Shown here piece by piece: positions 46,586 to 56,656 of a stretch of DNA of 64,000 bases. A program made the translations under genes and the position numbers. Below the pieces are notes generated by a model. That model did not search any database, was not told the origin of the DNA, and saw only the letters and a list, made by a program, of their open reading frames with translations. Source of the stretch: a virus (taxonomy: Duplodnaviria; Caudoviricetes); IMG/VR virus record IMGVR_UViG_3300033074_001936, positions 30,915-94,914 of that record. The stretch is one strand, 5' to 3'. Numbering within the stretch: position 1 is the first letter of the stretch; each line of letters opens with the position of its first letter.

Positions 46586-46830
46586 TGGCGACGGCGGGGA
46601 AGCGGAGGGCGAGCAAGAAGCAGGCGGCCGACGGGTCGACTTACGGGCCGACCCACTACTTGAAGATGAAGACCACCGAGCACGACGAGTCCGGCTGGAC
46701 AACCGTCGGCGCGGCCTGGCAGAAGTCGAGCGGGCTGATCTCGATCAGACTCAATCGGGGCGTGGTCCTCGATTGGCATGACTTCGCCCCGCCCGCGGAG
46801 TTCACCCTGATCCTCGTCCCGGCGGATTGA
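46582..46830 (+). CDS. Small hypothetical beta-rich protein
   Basis: GGAGG RBS; WTTVGAAW...ISIRL. Confidence 0.6.
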   Translation: MMATAGKRRASKKQAADGSTYGPTHYLKMKTTEHDESGWTTVGAAWQKSSGLISIRLNRGVVLDWHDFAPPAEFTLILVPAD

Positions 46831-46837
46831 TTTAGCC

Positions 46838-47689
46838 ATGTTCGGGCACAACGAAGTCGTCGGGCAGAAGTTCTTCCGCGAGGCCGCCGAGGCGCGCGCC
46901 GGCAAGCTCTTGGTCACCTCGATCTTCCACACGATCCAGGGCGAGGGGCCATACGCCGGCTGCCCCGCGATCTTCGTGCGCCTCGCGAAGTGCCAGCTCC
47001 GGTGCAGCTTCTGCGACACTTACTTCGATCACGGCGAGTGGATGACCGCTGAGGAGATCTTGGCCGCGGCGGAGCGGGTTATCTTACCCGGCTCGGCGCC
47101 GCCGGACCTCCTCGTGATCACGGGGGGCGAGCCCGCCCTGCAGGCCACGGCCCTCGAGTCGCAGTTTTGGGTACTGACGGCGCGCTCGTCCCCGTTCAAG
47201 CGCCTCCAGTTCGAGACCAACGGCTTGCTCTCTTTACCCCTCATGGTAGTTGATGGGGTCCTGGCGGCCGCGGTGGTTAGCCCGAAGTGTGCGGAGGTTG
47301 ATGGGAAGCCGACGCACTACTTGCGGCCGAACGCGGCGGTGCTCGAGCGCGCGCGCTGCCTCAAATTTGTCGTGACCGGGGACCCGGGGAGCCCCTACCA
47401 CGCGGTGCCCAATTGGGCGCTGGACTGGCGGCTTACTTATGGGCGCGACGTCTTCATCTCGCCGATGGCGGAGTACCTGCGCACCCCCGAGCAGGCCCGC
47501 GCGCTCTACGAGGCGCGCGGGGCGCCCGACTTGGTCGCGCGGTCGGCCGCCGAGCGAGTCTCGTTCTGGGAGCCGGGGCTCCTCGACATGGAGAAGTGCC
47601 GCCGCAACTATGAGTACGCGGCGGCATACGCGCTGCGGAACAACTTGCGGCTCACCATGCAGATGCAGCTGTTCGCGAGCATGCCGTAG
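46838..47689 (+). CDS. queE: 7-carboxy-7-deazaguanine synthase (radical SAM)
   Basis: IFHTIQGEG, FVRLAKCQLRCSFCDT (CxxxCxxC), ITGGEP, ETNG, SPK. Confidence 0.95.
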   Translation: MFGHNEVVGQKFFREAAEARAGKLLVTSIFHTIQGEGPYAGCPAIFVRLAKCQLRCSFCDTYFDHGEWMTAEEILAAAERVILPGSAPPDLLVITGGEPALQATALESQFWVLTARSSPFKRLQFETNGLLSLPLMVVDGVLAAAVVSPKCAEVDGKPTHYLRPNAAVLERARCLKFVVTGDPGSPYHAVPNWALDWRLTYGRDVFISPMAEYLRTPEQARALYEARGAPDLVARSAAERVSFWEPGLLDMEKCRRNYEYAAAYALRNNLRLTMQMQLFASMP

Positions 47690-47711
47690 TAAAGGATGGA
47701 GGTCCGTTAAG

Positions 47712-47948
47712 ATGGCGACCGCTAAGGAAGAGTACGAGAAGGTCATGCGCGGAGAGGGTTGTCTCGGCAAAGCCGCCGATGATGAGCCGGTCTTCGTCCT
47801 CCGCGCGCAGGACAAGCTCGCGCCCGGGCTGATCGAACTCTGGGCGGAGGGGGCCGAGGGCCACCGCTGCGCCCCGGAGAAGGTCGCGGAGGCCCGGGCG
47901 CTGGCCGCGCGGATGCGGGCGTGGCCGAACCGCAAGTACCCCGACTGA
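47712..47948 (+). CDS. Conserved phage hypothetical protein
   Basis: GGAGG RBS; DDEPVFVLRAQDKLAP. Confidence 0.7.
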   Translation: MATAKEEYEKVMRGEGCLGKAADDEPVFVLRAQDKLAPGLIELWAEGAEGHRCAPEKVAEARALAARMRAWPNRKYPD

Positions 47949-47952
47949 GCCG

Positions 47953-49398
47953 ATGGCGGTCCCCGACCGGCTCCCCGGGAGCTTGCAGGAGAACCTTCTG
48001 ACCCTGCTCGTGCACTCAGACGAGCACGGCAAGATCGTGGCCGGCATGGTCGACCCGGCGCTGTTCGAGGGTGACTACCGGGTCGTGGCCGAGCGCGCGG
48101 TCGATTATTGGGCGCGCTACCGGCGCGCTCCCGGCGCGCATATGGCCGACCTCCTGTCGGACATCCTCGAGTCCAAGCACGACCGGCGGGCCGGCACGTT
48201 CCGCTCGGTCCTGGTCGAGATGCTGCGCCTATCGGAGGCCATCAATGCGAAGTACGCGGTGGACTCGCTGCGCGCGTTCGTGCGGGTGCAGAAGTTCCAG
48301 GGGGCGGTGATTGAGACCGCGCGCAAGATCCAGGCGCAGCGCGAGCTCGCCCTCCCCGAAGTCGAGGAGATGTGGGCCGACCTCCTGCGCGCCCGGGACG
48401 CGACTTTTGAGCGCGGGGTCTCGCTCAACGATACTGGTCGGCTGGTGGCATTCCTGCGCGGCTCGGCAGTTGAGTTCACCACCGGGATTGAGCCGCTCGA
48501 CCGGCGCGGCATCGCTCCCATGCGGGGTGCGGTCATGCTGCTGATCGCCCCGACCGGGATCGGCAAGTCCTGGGGGCTCATCCACCTCGCCAAGCGCGCC
48601 CTCATGCAGCGCAAGCGGGTCCTCTACATCACGCTCGAGATGTCTGAGGAAGACGTCCTGATGCGCTTCTACCAATCGTTCTTCAGCGTGACCGAGCGCG
48701 ACTTCCGAGACCCGGTCCTGGTCCGGACCCTCGAGCTCGACGCGGTCGACAAGCTGTCGGAGATCGGGGTCGAGGAGGTGGCTCCGGAGTTCTCCCTCGA
48801 CAGCGAGAACTTGGAGGACGAGCTCGAGACCCGCCGCGCCCTCATGGAGGGCAAGTTCAAGAACATCGAGATCAAGCGCTTCCCGACCCGCGGCCTGACC
48901 GTCAACCAGCTCCGCGCCTATATGGACGCGCTCGAGGCCGCCGGGTTCATCCCGGACGTACTGATACTGGACTACATCGGCATCATGAAGACTGACCTGC
49001 GCGATCACCGGGTCTCGCTCGGGGCGACGTTCGCGGACTTCCGGGGCCTGTGCGTGGAGCGGAACATCGCTGGGATAACGGCGCAGCAGGTGAACCGCGA
49101 GGGCGGCAAGGCCAAGCGCGCGTCGCAGTTTGACATCGCCGAGGCTTGGTCGCTCGCGGCGGACGCCGACAATACCATCAGCATCTCGGCGACCGAGGCC
49201 GAGATGCGGGCGGGGCTCGCGCGCCTGTTCGTCGAGAAGGCGCGCCGCGCGCGCGGCAAGTTCGGCGTCCTGGTCACGCAGTGCTACGACATCGGTCAGT
49301 TCGTGCTCGACGCGATCGCGCTCGACGAGCGGCGCTACGACGCGCTGTTCGACCGGAAGGAGCGCGAGGAGGGCGAGGAAGACGGTTCCGCCGACTGA
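47953..49398 (+). CDS. Replicative DNA helicase (DnaB-like)
   Basis: APTGIGKS, ITLEMS, LILDY, TAQQVNR. Confidence 0.92.
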   Translation: MAVPDRLPGSLQENLLTLLVHSDEHGKIVAGMVDPALFEGDYRVVAERAVDYWARYRRAPGAHMADLLSDILESKHDRRAGTFRSVLVEMLRLSEAINAKYAVDSLRAFVRVQKFQGAVIETARKIQAQRELALPEVEEMWADLLRARDATFERGVSLNDTGRLVAFLRGSAVEFTTGIEPLDRRGIAPMRGAVMLLIAPTGIGKSWGLIHLAKRALMQRKRVLYITLEMSEEDVLMRFYQSFFSVTERDFRDPVLVRTLELDAVDKLSEIGVEEVAPEFSLDSENLEDELETRRALMEGKFKNIEIKRFPTRGLTVNQLRAYMDALEAAGFIPDVLILDYIGIMKTDLRDHRVSLGATFADFRGLCVERNIAGITAQQVNREGGKAKRASQFDIAEAWSLAADADNTISISATEAEMRAGLARLFVEKARRARGKFGVLVTQCYDIGQFVLDAIALDERRYDALFDRKEREEGEEDGSAD

Positions 49399-49411
49399 GT
49401 ATGTCTTCGCA

Positions 49412-51151
49412 ATGATCCCGAGCAAGGTTACTAGAGCGTTCTTGAAGCGGCCGCGCGACGACCTGCGGCCGCTCAAGCGCGCCTCAGACGCGGCGCTCCG
49501 CGCGGGCGCCCGCGCGCTCCCGGTCCGGCCGCCGGTGTGGAAGAAGCTCCTGCGCGACCAGCGGGTCCTGTTTCTCGCCGGGGCCAAGTATCGGCGCCTC
49601 GCGTTCTGGGCCGACACCGGCGTCGGCAAGACCCTCCTGAGCATGGCGCTCGCGCGCTACTTCCGCCGCGCGGGGGAGGCGCGCCGCTTCCTGGTGCTGG
49701 TGCCCGGCAATATCAACTTGGCGGAGTGGGAGTCAGAGCGGGACCTGCACTGCCCGCGCACTCCGATGGCGGTCCTGTCGGGATCGTCGCGGGAGAAGTG
49801 GGAGGCGCTCCGCGCGGGTGCGCCCCTCCTCACGGTCGCGACCTACGGTGGGTTGGTCCGCATGGCGTGCACCAAGACGGCTTTCGCCAAGATCAGGGGG
49901 ATTAAGCAGCGCAAGCTGGTGCTGCCTGTGGGTACTAAAATGGGCAGGGGGTTCGTCACATCTCCGCCGTGTGCGGCGACTGGGGGCATCCTGGCTAAGA
50001 TCAAAATTCGTGACCTTAAGTCGGTTGAGCAGCGCGCGGATGGGACCGTCCGAGTAATATTTAACGGGCAGATTTCCTGGAATATCGTCCTCAAGCCGAG
50101 CCCGAAGCTGGTCCGCGAGCTGGCGCGGACTTTCGACGGGATCATCATGGACGAGTCGTCGGCGGACCAGGCGGTCCAACACCGCAACCTCGCGTGGCGT
50201 ATCTGTCGCAAGATCTCCAAGTCCGCGCGCTGCGTTTTCGCTCTGTCGGGGACCCCCTTCGGCCGCGACCCGACCCCGCTCTGGGCGCAGATGTTCCTGG
50301 TCGACGGGGGTGAGTCGCTCGGCCCGACCCTCGGGCTTTTCCGTGCGGCGTTCTTCAAGACCAAGCTCAATTACTGGGGCGGCGAGGAGCACGAGTTCGA
50401 CCCGAAGAAGGCCCCGCTCCTGCACCGCTGCCTCGCGCACCGGTCGATCACCGTCGAGGCCGACGAGGCCGCGCTCCCGGCGGTGGTCGCCACTGCCCGC
50501 GAGATCAGGCTCCCCCGGGACGCCGAGGACTACTGCATCATGGCTCGAGACGCGATCCTGGCTGCGCGGGGGAACTACCAGGAGACCAAGAACGCGTTCC
50601 TGCGGATGCGACAGATCTCGTCGGGCTTCCTCGGCTACACCGACGACGAGACCGGGCAGCGCGCCAAGTTCACGTTCGACGAGAACCCGAAGCTCGAGCT
50701 TCTCGTGTCGCGCGTTCAGTCGACTTGCGGCAAGTACAAGATGGTGGTATTCCACGAGTTCATCTACTCGGGGGACCGGATCTGCGCCGAGCTCGCGCGC
50801 CTCAAGATCGGCCACGCCCGGGTCGGGGCCGGCAAGAAGGCGGCCATTCAGGCGGAGCGGCGGCGGTTCGTTGAGGACCCGGAGTGCCGGGTGCTGGTGA
50901 TCTCGAACCGCATGGCGCAGGGGCCGAACTTGCAGGTCGCTAAGTACGTGGAATTCTACGAGTCGCCGGTCGACCCGAAGACCCGCAAGCAGGCCCGGCG
51001 CCGAGTCGAGCGCCAGCACTCCGAGCACGACCGGGTGTTCATCACGGACTACGTGGTGCGCGGGACCTACGACGCGCGCATCCTCGAGTTTCACGAGCAG
51101 GGCAAGAACCTGTTCGACGCCATCATCCGAGGGGAGGTCCGCGATGTTTGA
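49412..51151 (+). CDS. SF2 (SNF2-like) helicase
   Basis: DTGVGKT, IMDES, LSGTP, LRMRQISSGF, NPKLE, GPNLQ, QARRRVER. Confidence 0.88.
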   Translation: MIPSKVTRAFLKRPRDDLRPLKRASDAALRAGARALPVRPPVWKKLLRDQRVLFLAGAKYRRLAFWADTGVGKTLLSMALARYFRRAGEARRFLVLVPGNINLAEWESERDLHCPRTPMAVLSGSSREKWEALRAGAPLLTVATYGGLVRMACTKTAFAKIRGIKQRKLVLPVGTKMGRGFVTSPPCAATGGILAKIKIRDLKSVEQRADGTVRVIFNGQISWNIVLKPSPKLVRELARTFDGIIMDESSADQAVQHRNLAWRICRKISKSARCVFALSGTPFGRDPTPLWAQMFLVDGGESLGPTLGLFRAAFFKTKLNYWGGEEHEFDPKKAPLLHRCLAHRSITVEADEAALPAVVATAREIRLPRDAEDYCIMARDAILAARGNYQETKNAFLRMRQISSGFLGYTDDETGQRAKFTFDENPKLELLVSRVQSTCGKYKMVVFHEFIYSGDRICAELARLKIGHARVGAGKKAAIQAERRRFVEDPECRVLVISNRMAQGPNLQVAKYVEFYESPVDPKTRKQARRRVERQHSEHDRVFITDYVVRGTYDARILEFHEQGKNLFDAIIRGEVRDV

Positions 51152-52109
51152 CTGGTCGAGCTTCCTCGAGCAGCACGGGGTTGAGTACCATCCCGGGACG
51201 CGGGGTAACGTGGAAGTCCAGTGCCCGTTCTGCGGAGCCGCCGACGCGGGCCACCACCACATGAGCATCAGCCTCGAGGGGCTCGGCTGGAAGTGCTGGC
51301 GCGACCGGGACCACCGCGGCCGCTCCCCCGTCAGCCTGATCCGGGCGCTGATCGGCTGCACCGCGCAGGAGGCCGCGCGCATCGCGGGCGCCCCGCTCCT
51401 CCCCGGCTCGCAGGGCCTGCACGACCAGGTGGCTTCCATCTTTGCCGGCGACGCGGCGGCTCCCGCAGCCGACTCGCCGCTGCGCGAGCTCCCCGAGTTC
51501 AAGAAGTTTACCGGCCTGCCCTCCGGGCGCCCCCACCTGCAGTACATGCGCTCACGCGGCTTCACGGAGAAGTTCCTGCGTCGGGCGTCCGAGGAGGCGG
51601 GGCTGCGGTACTGCACGCGCGGCGCGTTCGGTGGGCGCGTGATCTTCTTGGTACACCAGGAGGGGCGCCTCGTCGGCTGGACTGGTCGCGCGATCTCGCC
51701 GCGGGCGCGCCTGCGCTACCGCGCGCTTTCCGCCGACCCGGAGGCGGCGGTGCGGGACGGGCTCCCCCCGGCCGCGCTCTCGATCGAGCGCTGCCTGCTC
51801 TGGTACGACGAACTGCTGCGCGGCGGCCCCCGCCTCGAGCTCGTCGAGGGGCCGATGGACGCGCTCAAGCTCCGCATGCTCGGTCGGCAGGCGACCTGCT
51901 TGTTCACGAAATCGCCTTCGCGCTGGCAAGTAGACCTCCTGCGAGAGCTCGCGCCCCGCTTCGAGCGATGCGACGTCCTCCTCGACCGGGGGGCAGAGGC
52001 GGAGACCCTGTCTACTGCGCGCACGCTCGCCGCCCTCGGGTTCCGGGCGGCCTGGTTGCCCGCCGGGGTCGCGGACCCGGGCGAACTCACCGCCGCGCAC
52101 GCGCCTTGA
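51144..52109 (+). CDS. DNA primase (zinc finger plus TOPRIM)
   Basis: CPFCG...CW, GRVIF, WTGR, LVEGPMDAL, LLD, DPGE. Confidence 0.88.
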   Translation: MFDWSSFLEQHGVEYHPGTRGNVEVQCPFCGAADAGHHHMSISLEGLGWKCWRDRDHRGRSPVSLIRALIGCTAQEAARIAGAPLLPGSQGLHDQVASIFAGDAAAPAADSPLRELPEFKKFTGLPSGRPHLQYMRSRGFTEKFLRRASEEAGLRYCTRGAFGGRVIFLVHQEGRLVGWTGRAISPRARLRYRALSADPEAAVRDGLPPAALSIERCLLWYDELLRGGPRLELVEGPMDALKLRMLGRQATCLFTKSPSRWQVDLLRELAPRFERCDVLLDRGAEAETLSTARTLAALGFRAAWLPAGVADPGELTAAHAP

Positions 52110-52188
52110 AACATTTGACTTGCCGACGCGCTCGACTGTCGCCAATAATCGCCTCCTTCATTCTTCTCGGGAGAGGGGACGATCTCAC

Positions 52189-52740
52189 ATGGACGAGGGC
52201 GCGCGGCGCTGGCTGTTCAAGACGGTCAGGAAAAATTACTGGCGTGTGTGCAGGTGGTACGATGTGAGTGATTTGATCCAGGAGGGCTACGCGGCTTACT
52301 ATGAAGTCGCGCACAAGCGCTACCCGCACGCGGTGGACCCCCCGCACCGGATGCGGCTCTTTCAGCTCGTGTTTATGTCGCGGCTGCACGACCTGGCGAA
52401 CAAGCGCACTAGATTGGCCGCCGAGGTCTGCGAGGCGGACCTCGCCCGCCCGGACGCCGCGCAAGTCGAGACCGTCCTGACCATGATCGCCGACGAGCCG
52501 ACCTTGCTCGAGGCGGTCCCCGCGCTCGCCTCGGCTCCTCAGTATGTTCGGGATGCGCTGGCCCTGTTCGGGACCCCCGAAGGCCTCCGCGCGGTCCGGG
52601 CGGCGTACCGGAAGCGGCGCGAGGGGCGGCACCTGGTGCGGGAGACCCTGAACGAGCGGCTTTGCAGGCTCACGGGGCGCGACCCGCGCGAGGTCGACAT
52701 CGTGGGCGGGATCAGGGCCTGCCTGGAGGGCGACGGATGA
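52189..52740 (+). CDS. Sigma-factor-like hypothetical protein
   Basis: DVSDLIQEG resembles sigma region 2; GAGGGG RBS. Confidence 0.45.
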   Translation: MDEGARRWLFKTVRKNYWRVCRWYDVSDLIQEGYAAYYEVAHKRYPHAVDPPHRMRLFQLVFMSRLHDLANKRTRLAAEVCEADLARPDAAQVETVLTMIADEPTLLEAVPALASAPQYVRDALALFGTPEGLRAVRAAYRKRREGRHLVRETLNERLCRLTGRDPREVDIVGGIRACLEGDG

Positions 52741-53192
52741 CCTACTATTCGACCAAGACCTACGGCCACGAGATCGGCCTGTCCGCGGCATTTCGCCAGT
52801 GGCGGGCGGAGAGCCATTGCCGCTTCCTCCACGGCTACGCGCTGGCGGTCAAGTTCGTATTCGCGGCGGAGGAGGTCGATGTTCGCAACTGGGTAGTCGA
52901 CTTCGGCTCGCTCAAGACCCTCAAGGGGTGGCTCGAGGGCACGTTCGACCACAAGACCCTGGTCGCGGAGGACGACCCGGAGCGGGACCGCTTCGGAAAG
53001 CTTCACGACGCGGGCGTCATCCAGATGGTCGTGGTCCCCGCGACCGGCTGCGAGAAGTTCGCGGAGATGATCTACGGCGCGACCGAAGTATGGTTGAGGG
53101 ACAACGGCTACGCGCCGCGGGTGCGGCTGGTGAGCGTCGAGGTTCGCGAGCACGGGGCGAACTCGGCCATATACGAGGGAAGAGGATCATGA
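52737..53192 (+). CDS. queD: 6-carboxytetrahydropterin synthase
   Basis: SHCRFLHGY, WVVDFG, FDHK, EVREH. Confidence 0.93.
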   Translation: MTYYSTKTYGHEIGLSAAFRQWRAESHCRFLHGYALAVKFVFAAEEVDVRNWVVDFGSLKTLKGWLEGTFDHKTLVAEDDPERDRFGKLHDAGVIQMVVVPATGCEKFAEMIYGATEVWLRDNGYAPRVRLVSVEVREHGANSAIYEGRGS

Positions 53193-54013
53193 CGGACAAA
53201 CGGGCTTTCGTCCTCCTGAGCGGCGGGATCGACTCGACGACCTGCCTGCACAAGGCGATCCTTGACTTCGCGCCGAGCGCCGAGGTGGGGGACCACATCC
53301 TTTCGGATGCGTTTGATGGGCCGGTCGACGGCGGGGCCGCGTGGGTCGAGGCGGTCTCGGTCGACTACGGCCAGCGCCACCGCAAGGAGGCGGAGTACGC
53401 TGCGGCGACGTGTCGGAAGTTCGGCATCAAGCACTCGGTCCTGCGGATCGGTGACGTCCTCGCGGGCAAGGGGGTCATGCTCGCGGACGCGGCGGTCCCG
53501 ATCCCGAGCATCTCGTACGACGAGATCCGGGGGGTCTCGCCGACCTACGTGCCGTTCCGCAACGGGACCATGCTCTCGCTGATCGCCGCGCACGCGCAGA
53601 AGTGGGTGGACGAGCGGATCGATGACGCGACTGAGAACGCCTTCGGCGGAGATCGCCTGCGCGCGACCGACTACATGCGCGACTCGGCGGGCATCTACTT
53701 CGGCGCCCACGCCGAGGACGCGGCGAACTGGGCCTACCCGGACTGCACCCCCGAGTTCATCGGCGCGATGGCAAACGCGATCTACGTCGGCACCTACTCG
53801 TGCGTGCGGCTCTACGCGCCTATCCAGTGGATGGGGAAGGCCGAGATCATCCGCCTCGGCGAGTCGCTCGGGGTGGACTGGGCCGGCACGTGGTCGTGCT
53901 ACGCGGGGGGCGAGCTCCACTGCGGTGAGTGCCCGACCTGCCGGGCTCGCCGCGCCGGGTTCGAGGCGGCCGGGGTCGCCGACCCGACAGTTTACTTGCG
54001 CGTGGCGGCATAG
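53189..54013 (+). CDS. queC: 7-cyano-7-deazaguanine synthase
   Basis: LLSGGIDSTT, YGQRH, YVPFRN, YPDC, TWSCY...CGECPTC. Confidence 0.95.
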   Translation: MTDKRAFVLLSGGIDSTTCLHKAILDFAPSAEVGDHILSDAFDGPVDGGAAWVEAVSVDYGQRHRKEAEYAAATCRKFGIKHSVLRIGDVLAGKGVMLADAAVPIPSISYDEIRGVSPTYVPFRNGTMLSLIAAHAQKWVDERIDDATENAFGGDRLRATDYMRDSAGIYFGAHAEDAANWAYPDCTPEFIGAMANAIYVGTYSCVRLYAPIQWMGKAEIIRLGESLGVDWAGTWSCYAGGELHCGECPTCRARRAGFEAAGVADPTVYLRVAA

Positions 54014-54071
54014 TCTATCGCGCACAGTATGTTCACTTTTGCGACAACTCACTAGAGGGAGAACTTTCGAG

Positions 54072-54806
54072 ATGTCCAAGCTGGAAAAGATTGTGCTCGA
54101 CGCGACCGGGATCAAGCCAGCGCGCAGCGGCGAAGACCGGCAGAAGTTCCTGCTGCGGGCGATGCTCGCGGTCCAGAAGCTGCCCTCCGACGACTGGGAG
54201 ACCCTGGACCAGGCGATCCAGGACTGGTACAACGCGGCGGTCGAGGCCGACAACGCGGACAAGCCGGTCCCCGAGTTCCCGGACGCCGCGAAGAAGGCGA
54301 AGGCGGCGGCCGAGGAAGAAGTTGACGACGCTGCCGATGAGGATGCGGCGGCCGAGGACGACGGCGATGAGGAGGATGACGGCGCCGCCGACGACGAAGA
54401 GGAGTCGGACGAGGAGGAGGCAGAGCAGGAGGAAGAAGTGAAGCAGAGCAAGACCAGCAAGAAGGGCGCGGCTGCGGCAAAGCCGAAGAAGCCCGAGAAG
54501 AAGCCCGAGCCGCGGGCGGCGAAGAAGGCGGCGAGCGCCGCCGGCAAGAAGAACGGCGCGGCTCCGCCCCCGAAGAAGGCGGCGAAGGCGGGCGCGGCGC
54601 CTGCCAAGAAGGGCACCAGCATGCGCCGGGCGCTCAAGATGATCGTCATCAAGAAGCCCAAGATCGCCACCGAGGACCTCATCGACGCGCTCGAGAAGAA
54701 GGGCTACAAGTCCCCGTCCAAGCTCACGGTGACTTCGATCCGCGCCGACACTCGGGACACCATCAAGGTGCTCAACGAGGCCGGCCTCACGACCATCGAG
54801 CTCTAG
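54072..54806 (+). CDS. Protein with an acidic tract, a Lys/Ala-rich tract and a small C-terminal domain
   Basis: GAGGGAG RBS; long D/E run followed by KKA/PKK repeats. Confidence 0.75.
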   Translation: MSKLEKIVLDATGIKPARSGEDRQKFLLRAMLAVQKLPSDDWETLDQAIQDWYNAAVEADNADKPVPEFPDAAKKAKAAAEEEVDDAADEDAAAEDDGDEEDDGAADDEEESDEEEAEQEEEVKQSKTSKKGAAAAKPKKPEKKPEPRAAKKAASAAGKKNGAAPPPKKAAKAGAAPAKKGTSMRRALKMIVIKKPKIATEDLIDALEKKGYKSPSKLTVTSIRADTRDTIKVLNEAGLTTIEL

Positions 54807-54830
54807 TCTCATAGTCAAGGGAGCTCGAGA

Positions 54831-55406
54831 ATGGCGAAGCCAAGTCCTGCCCTGTTCGACGAACTCCTCCGCCACATCGGCGAAGATCCCAGCAGGGAGG
54901 GCTTGCTCGAGACGCCGGAGCGTGCCGCCCGAGCCTGGGCGGAGTGGACCTCCGGCTACGCCCAGGATCCCGCGGCCGTCCTCAAGTCGTTTGAGGACGG
55001 CTCGCAGGGATATGACGAGCTTGTCTTTCAGGGTAACATTCCTTGCTACTCGCACTGCGAGCATCACCTCGCGCCGTTCTTCGGGGTCGCGCACGTGGGG
55101 TACATCCCGCGCGGCCGCGTGGTCGGCCTTTCCAAGCTCTCGCGGCTGGTCGACGTTTTCGCGCGCCGCCTCCAGGTGCAGGAGCGCCTCACGGTGCAGG
55201 TCGCGGAGGCGCTGCAAGAAGTCCTCAACCCCCGCGCGGTCGGCGTGGTCCTGGAGTGCCGCCACATGTGCATGGAGTCTCGCGGCATCCAGCGCACTGG
55301 GACGGTGACCAAGACCTCCGCCCTCCTCGGCGAGTTCCGGTCTGAGCCGGACGCGCGCGCGGAGTTCATGGCGATGGTCACGTCCGCGCGCGGGAGCCGC
55401 CTGTGA
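54831..55406 (+). CDS. folE: GTP cyclohydrolase I
   Basis: REGLLETPER, CEHHL, GLSKL, RRLQVQERLT, HMCMESRG. Confidence 0.97.
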   Translation: MAKPSPALFDELLRHIGEDPSREGLLETPERAARAWAEWTSGYAQDPAAVLKSFEDGSQGYDELVFQGNIPCYSHCEHHLAPFFGVAHVGYIPRGRVVGLSKLSRLVDVFARRLQVQERLTVQVAEALQEVLNPRAVGVVLECRHMCMESRGIQRTGTVTKTSALLGEFRSEPDARAEFMAMVTSARGSRL

Positions 55407-56656
55407 GCAGGAAGAAGCGCGCGGCGGCCCCCGACCGGCTGGCGGACGTCCTCCTCGACTCGGGGGCGTTCTCTGCCTGGAACAAGGGCGAGACCATCGA
55501 CGTCAATGACTACATCGCATTCCTCAAGGCGAACCAGCACCTGGTCGCGAACTACGTCTGCCTCGACACTATCCCGGGCAGCATGGGTCGCATGGACCGG
55601 TCGCAGGAGTCGATCGAGAAGTCCGCGGAGGCGTCCTACAAGAACCAGCAGATCATGCGGGACGCGGGGCTCGCCCCGATCCCGGTATTTCACCAGGGCG
55701 AGCGCTTCGAGTGGCTCGAGAAGTACCTCGCGGACGGAGAGCCGTACATCGGCATATCACCGTACATGCGGTCGACCCAGTCAAACTTGATGCGGTGGCT
55801 CGACGAGTGCTTCACGCGGGTGACCGACTCGTCCGGGCGCCCGCTCGCGCGGACCCACGGCTTCGGAGTGACCTCGCACGAGGTGATGTGGCGCTACCCG
55901 TGGCACTCGGTGGACTCGACCACGTGGGCGATCGCGCCCGCGTACGGCATGCTGATCACGCCAAAGTGCGGGCTCGCGGGGGAGTTTGACCTGCGCCTGC
56001 CGGCGAACCAGTTTCACGTCGGCAACGGCGAGCTGCTCTCCGCATCGAAGGAGCATGGACGTTCACGTTGCATAGACGCGCTCGGCGAGCAGGCGCTGGA
56101 CTGGCTCCACAAGTTCGCGAAGATCTGCGGCACGTCGGTGACCGCGTTCCGCAACGACCAGTACGCGCGAACCACGGCGCACATCATGTACTTTCGGCTC
56201 CTCGAGGAGCGTCGGGGAGAGGTCCGGTTCGAGCACCGGCGCGGGGGCTTCTTCGCGCCTTCCGGCGCGACGCGGCGCAGCCCGGTCGACGTGAAGTTCC
56301 GGGTGATATTCGCGAGCAACCTGACCAACAAGCAGGGCCTCATCCTCACCCGTCTCGGAGTCCGCAGTCGCCTGCTCTCCTACTGGGACCTGCGGCGCTA
56401 CAAAGACGCGACCGAGCGCCTCGAGCAGTATGTCCGGACCGGCCACCTCTCCGGCGCCCTCCGCGGCCGCGCGGAGAACGACGTCGGGGGCGAGATCGCG
56501 TTCGTCGAGCCCGCGGTGCGGGTCAACTGGGACGCGATGCATTACACCGACTACCGGCGGCGGCGCCTGGTCGGGCGGTTCTTCAAGGAAGACCTGCCGG
56601 ACGTGAACATGATGGACGTGAGCGAGGCGGACATGAGCGGGGAGGAGCTGAGATGA
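55403..56656 (+). CDS. dpdA: DNA 7-deazaguanine transglycosylase (TGT-like DpdA)
   Basis: LDSGAFS, LD.IP, PVFH, HGFG, PW.SVDSTTW; overlaps folE. Confidence 0.82.
   Translation: MSRKKRAAAPDRLADVLLDSGAFSAWNKGETIDVNDYIAFLKANQHLVANYVCLDTIPGSMGRMDRSQESIEKSAEASYKNQQIMRDAGLAPIPVFHQGERFEWLEKYLADGEPYIGISPYMRSTQSNLMRWLDECFTRVTDSSGRPLARTHGFGVTSHEVMWRYPWHSVDSTTWAIAPAYGMLITPKCGLAGEFDLRLPANQFHVGNGELLSASKEHGRSRCIDALGEQALDWLHKFAKICGTSVTAFRNDQYARTTAHIMYFRLLEERRGEVRFEHRRGGFFAPSGATRRSPVDVKFRVIFASNLTNKQGLILTRLGVRSRLLSYWDLRRYKDATERLEQYVRTGHLSGALRGRAENDVGGEIAFVEPAVRVNWDAMHYTDYRRRRLVGRFFKEDLPDVNMMDVSEADMSGEELR

Noticed and set aside
52115-52149. Internal promoter before the sigma-like and que genes (TTGCCG, 18 bp, AATAAT)
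   Set aside because: Match too weak to call without TSS data
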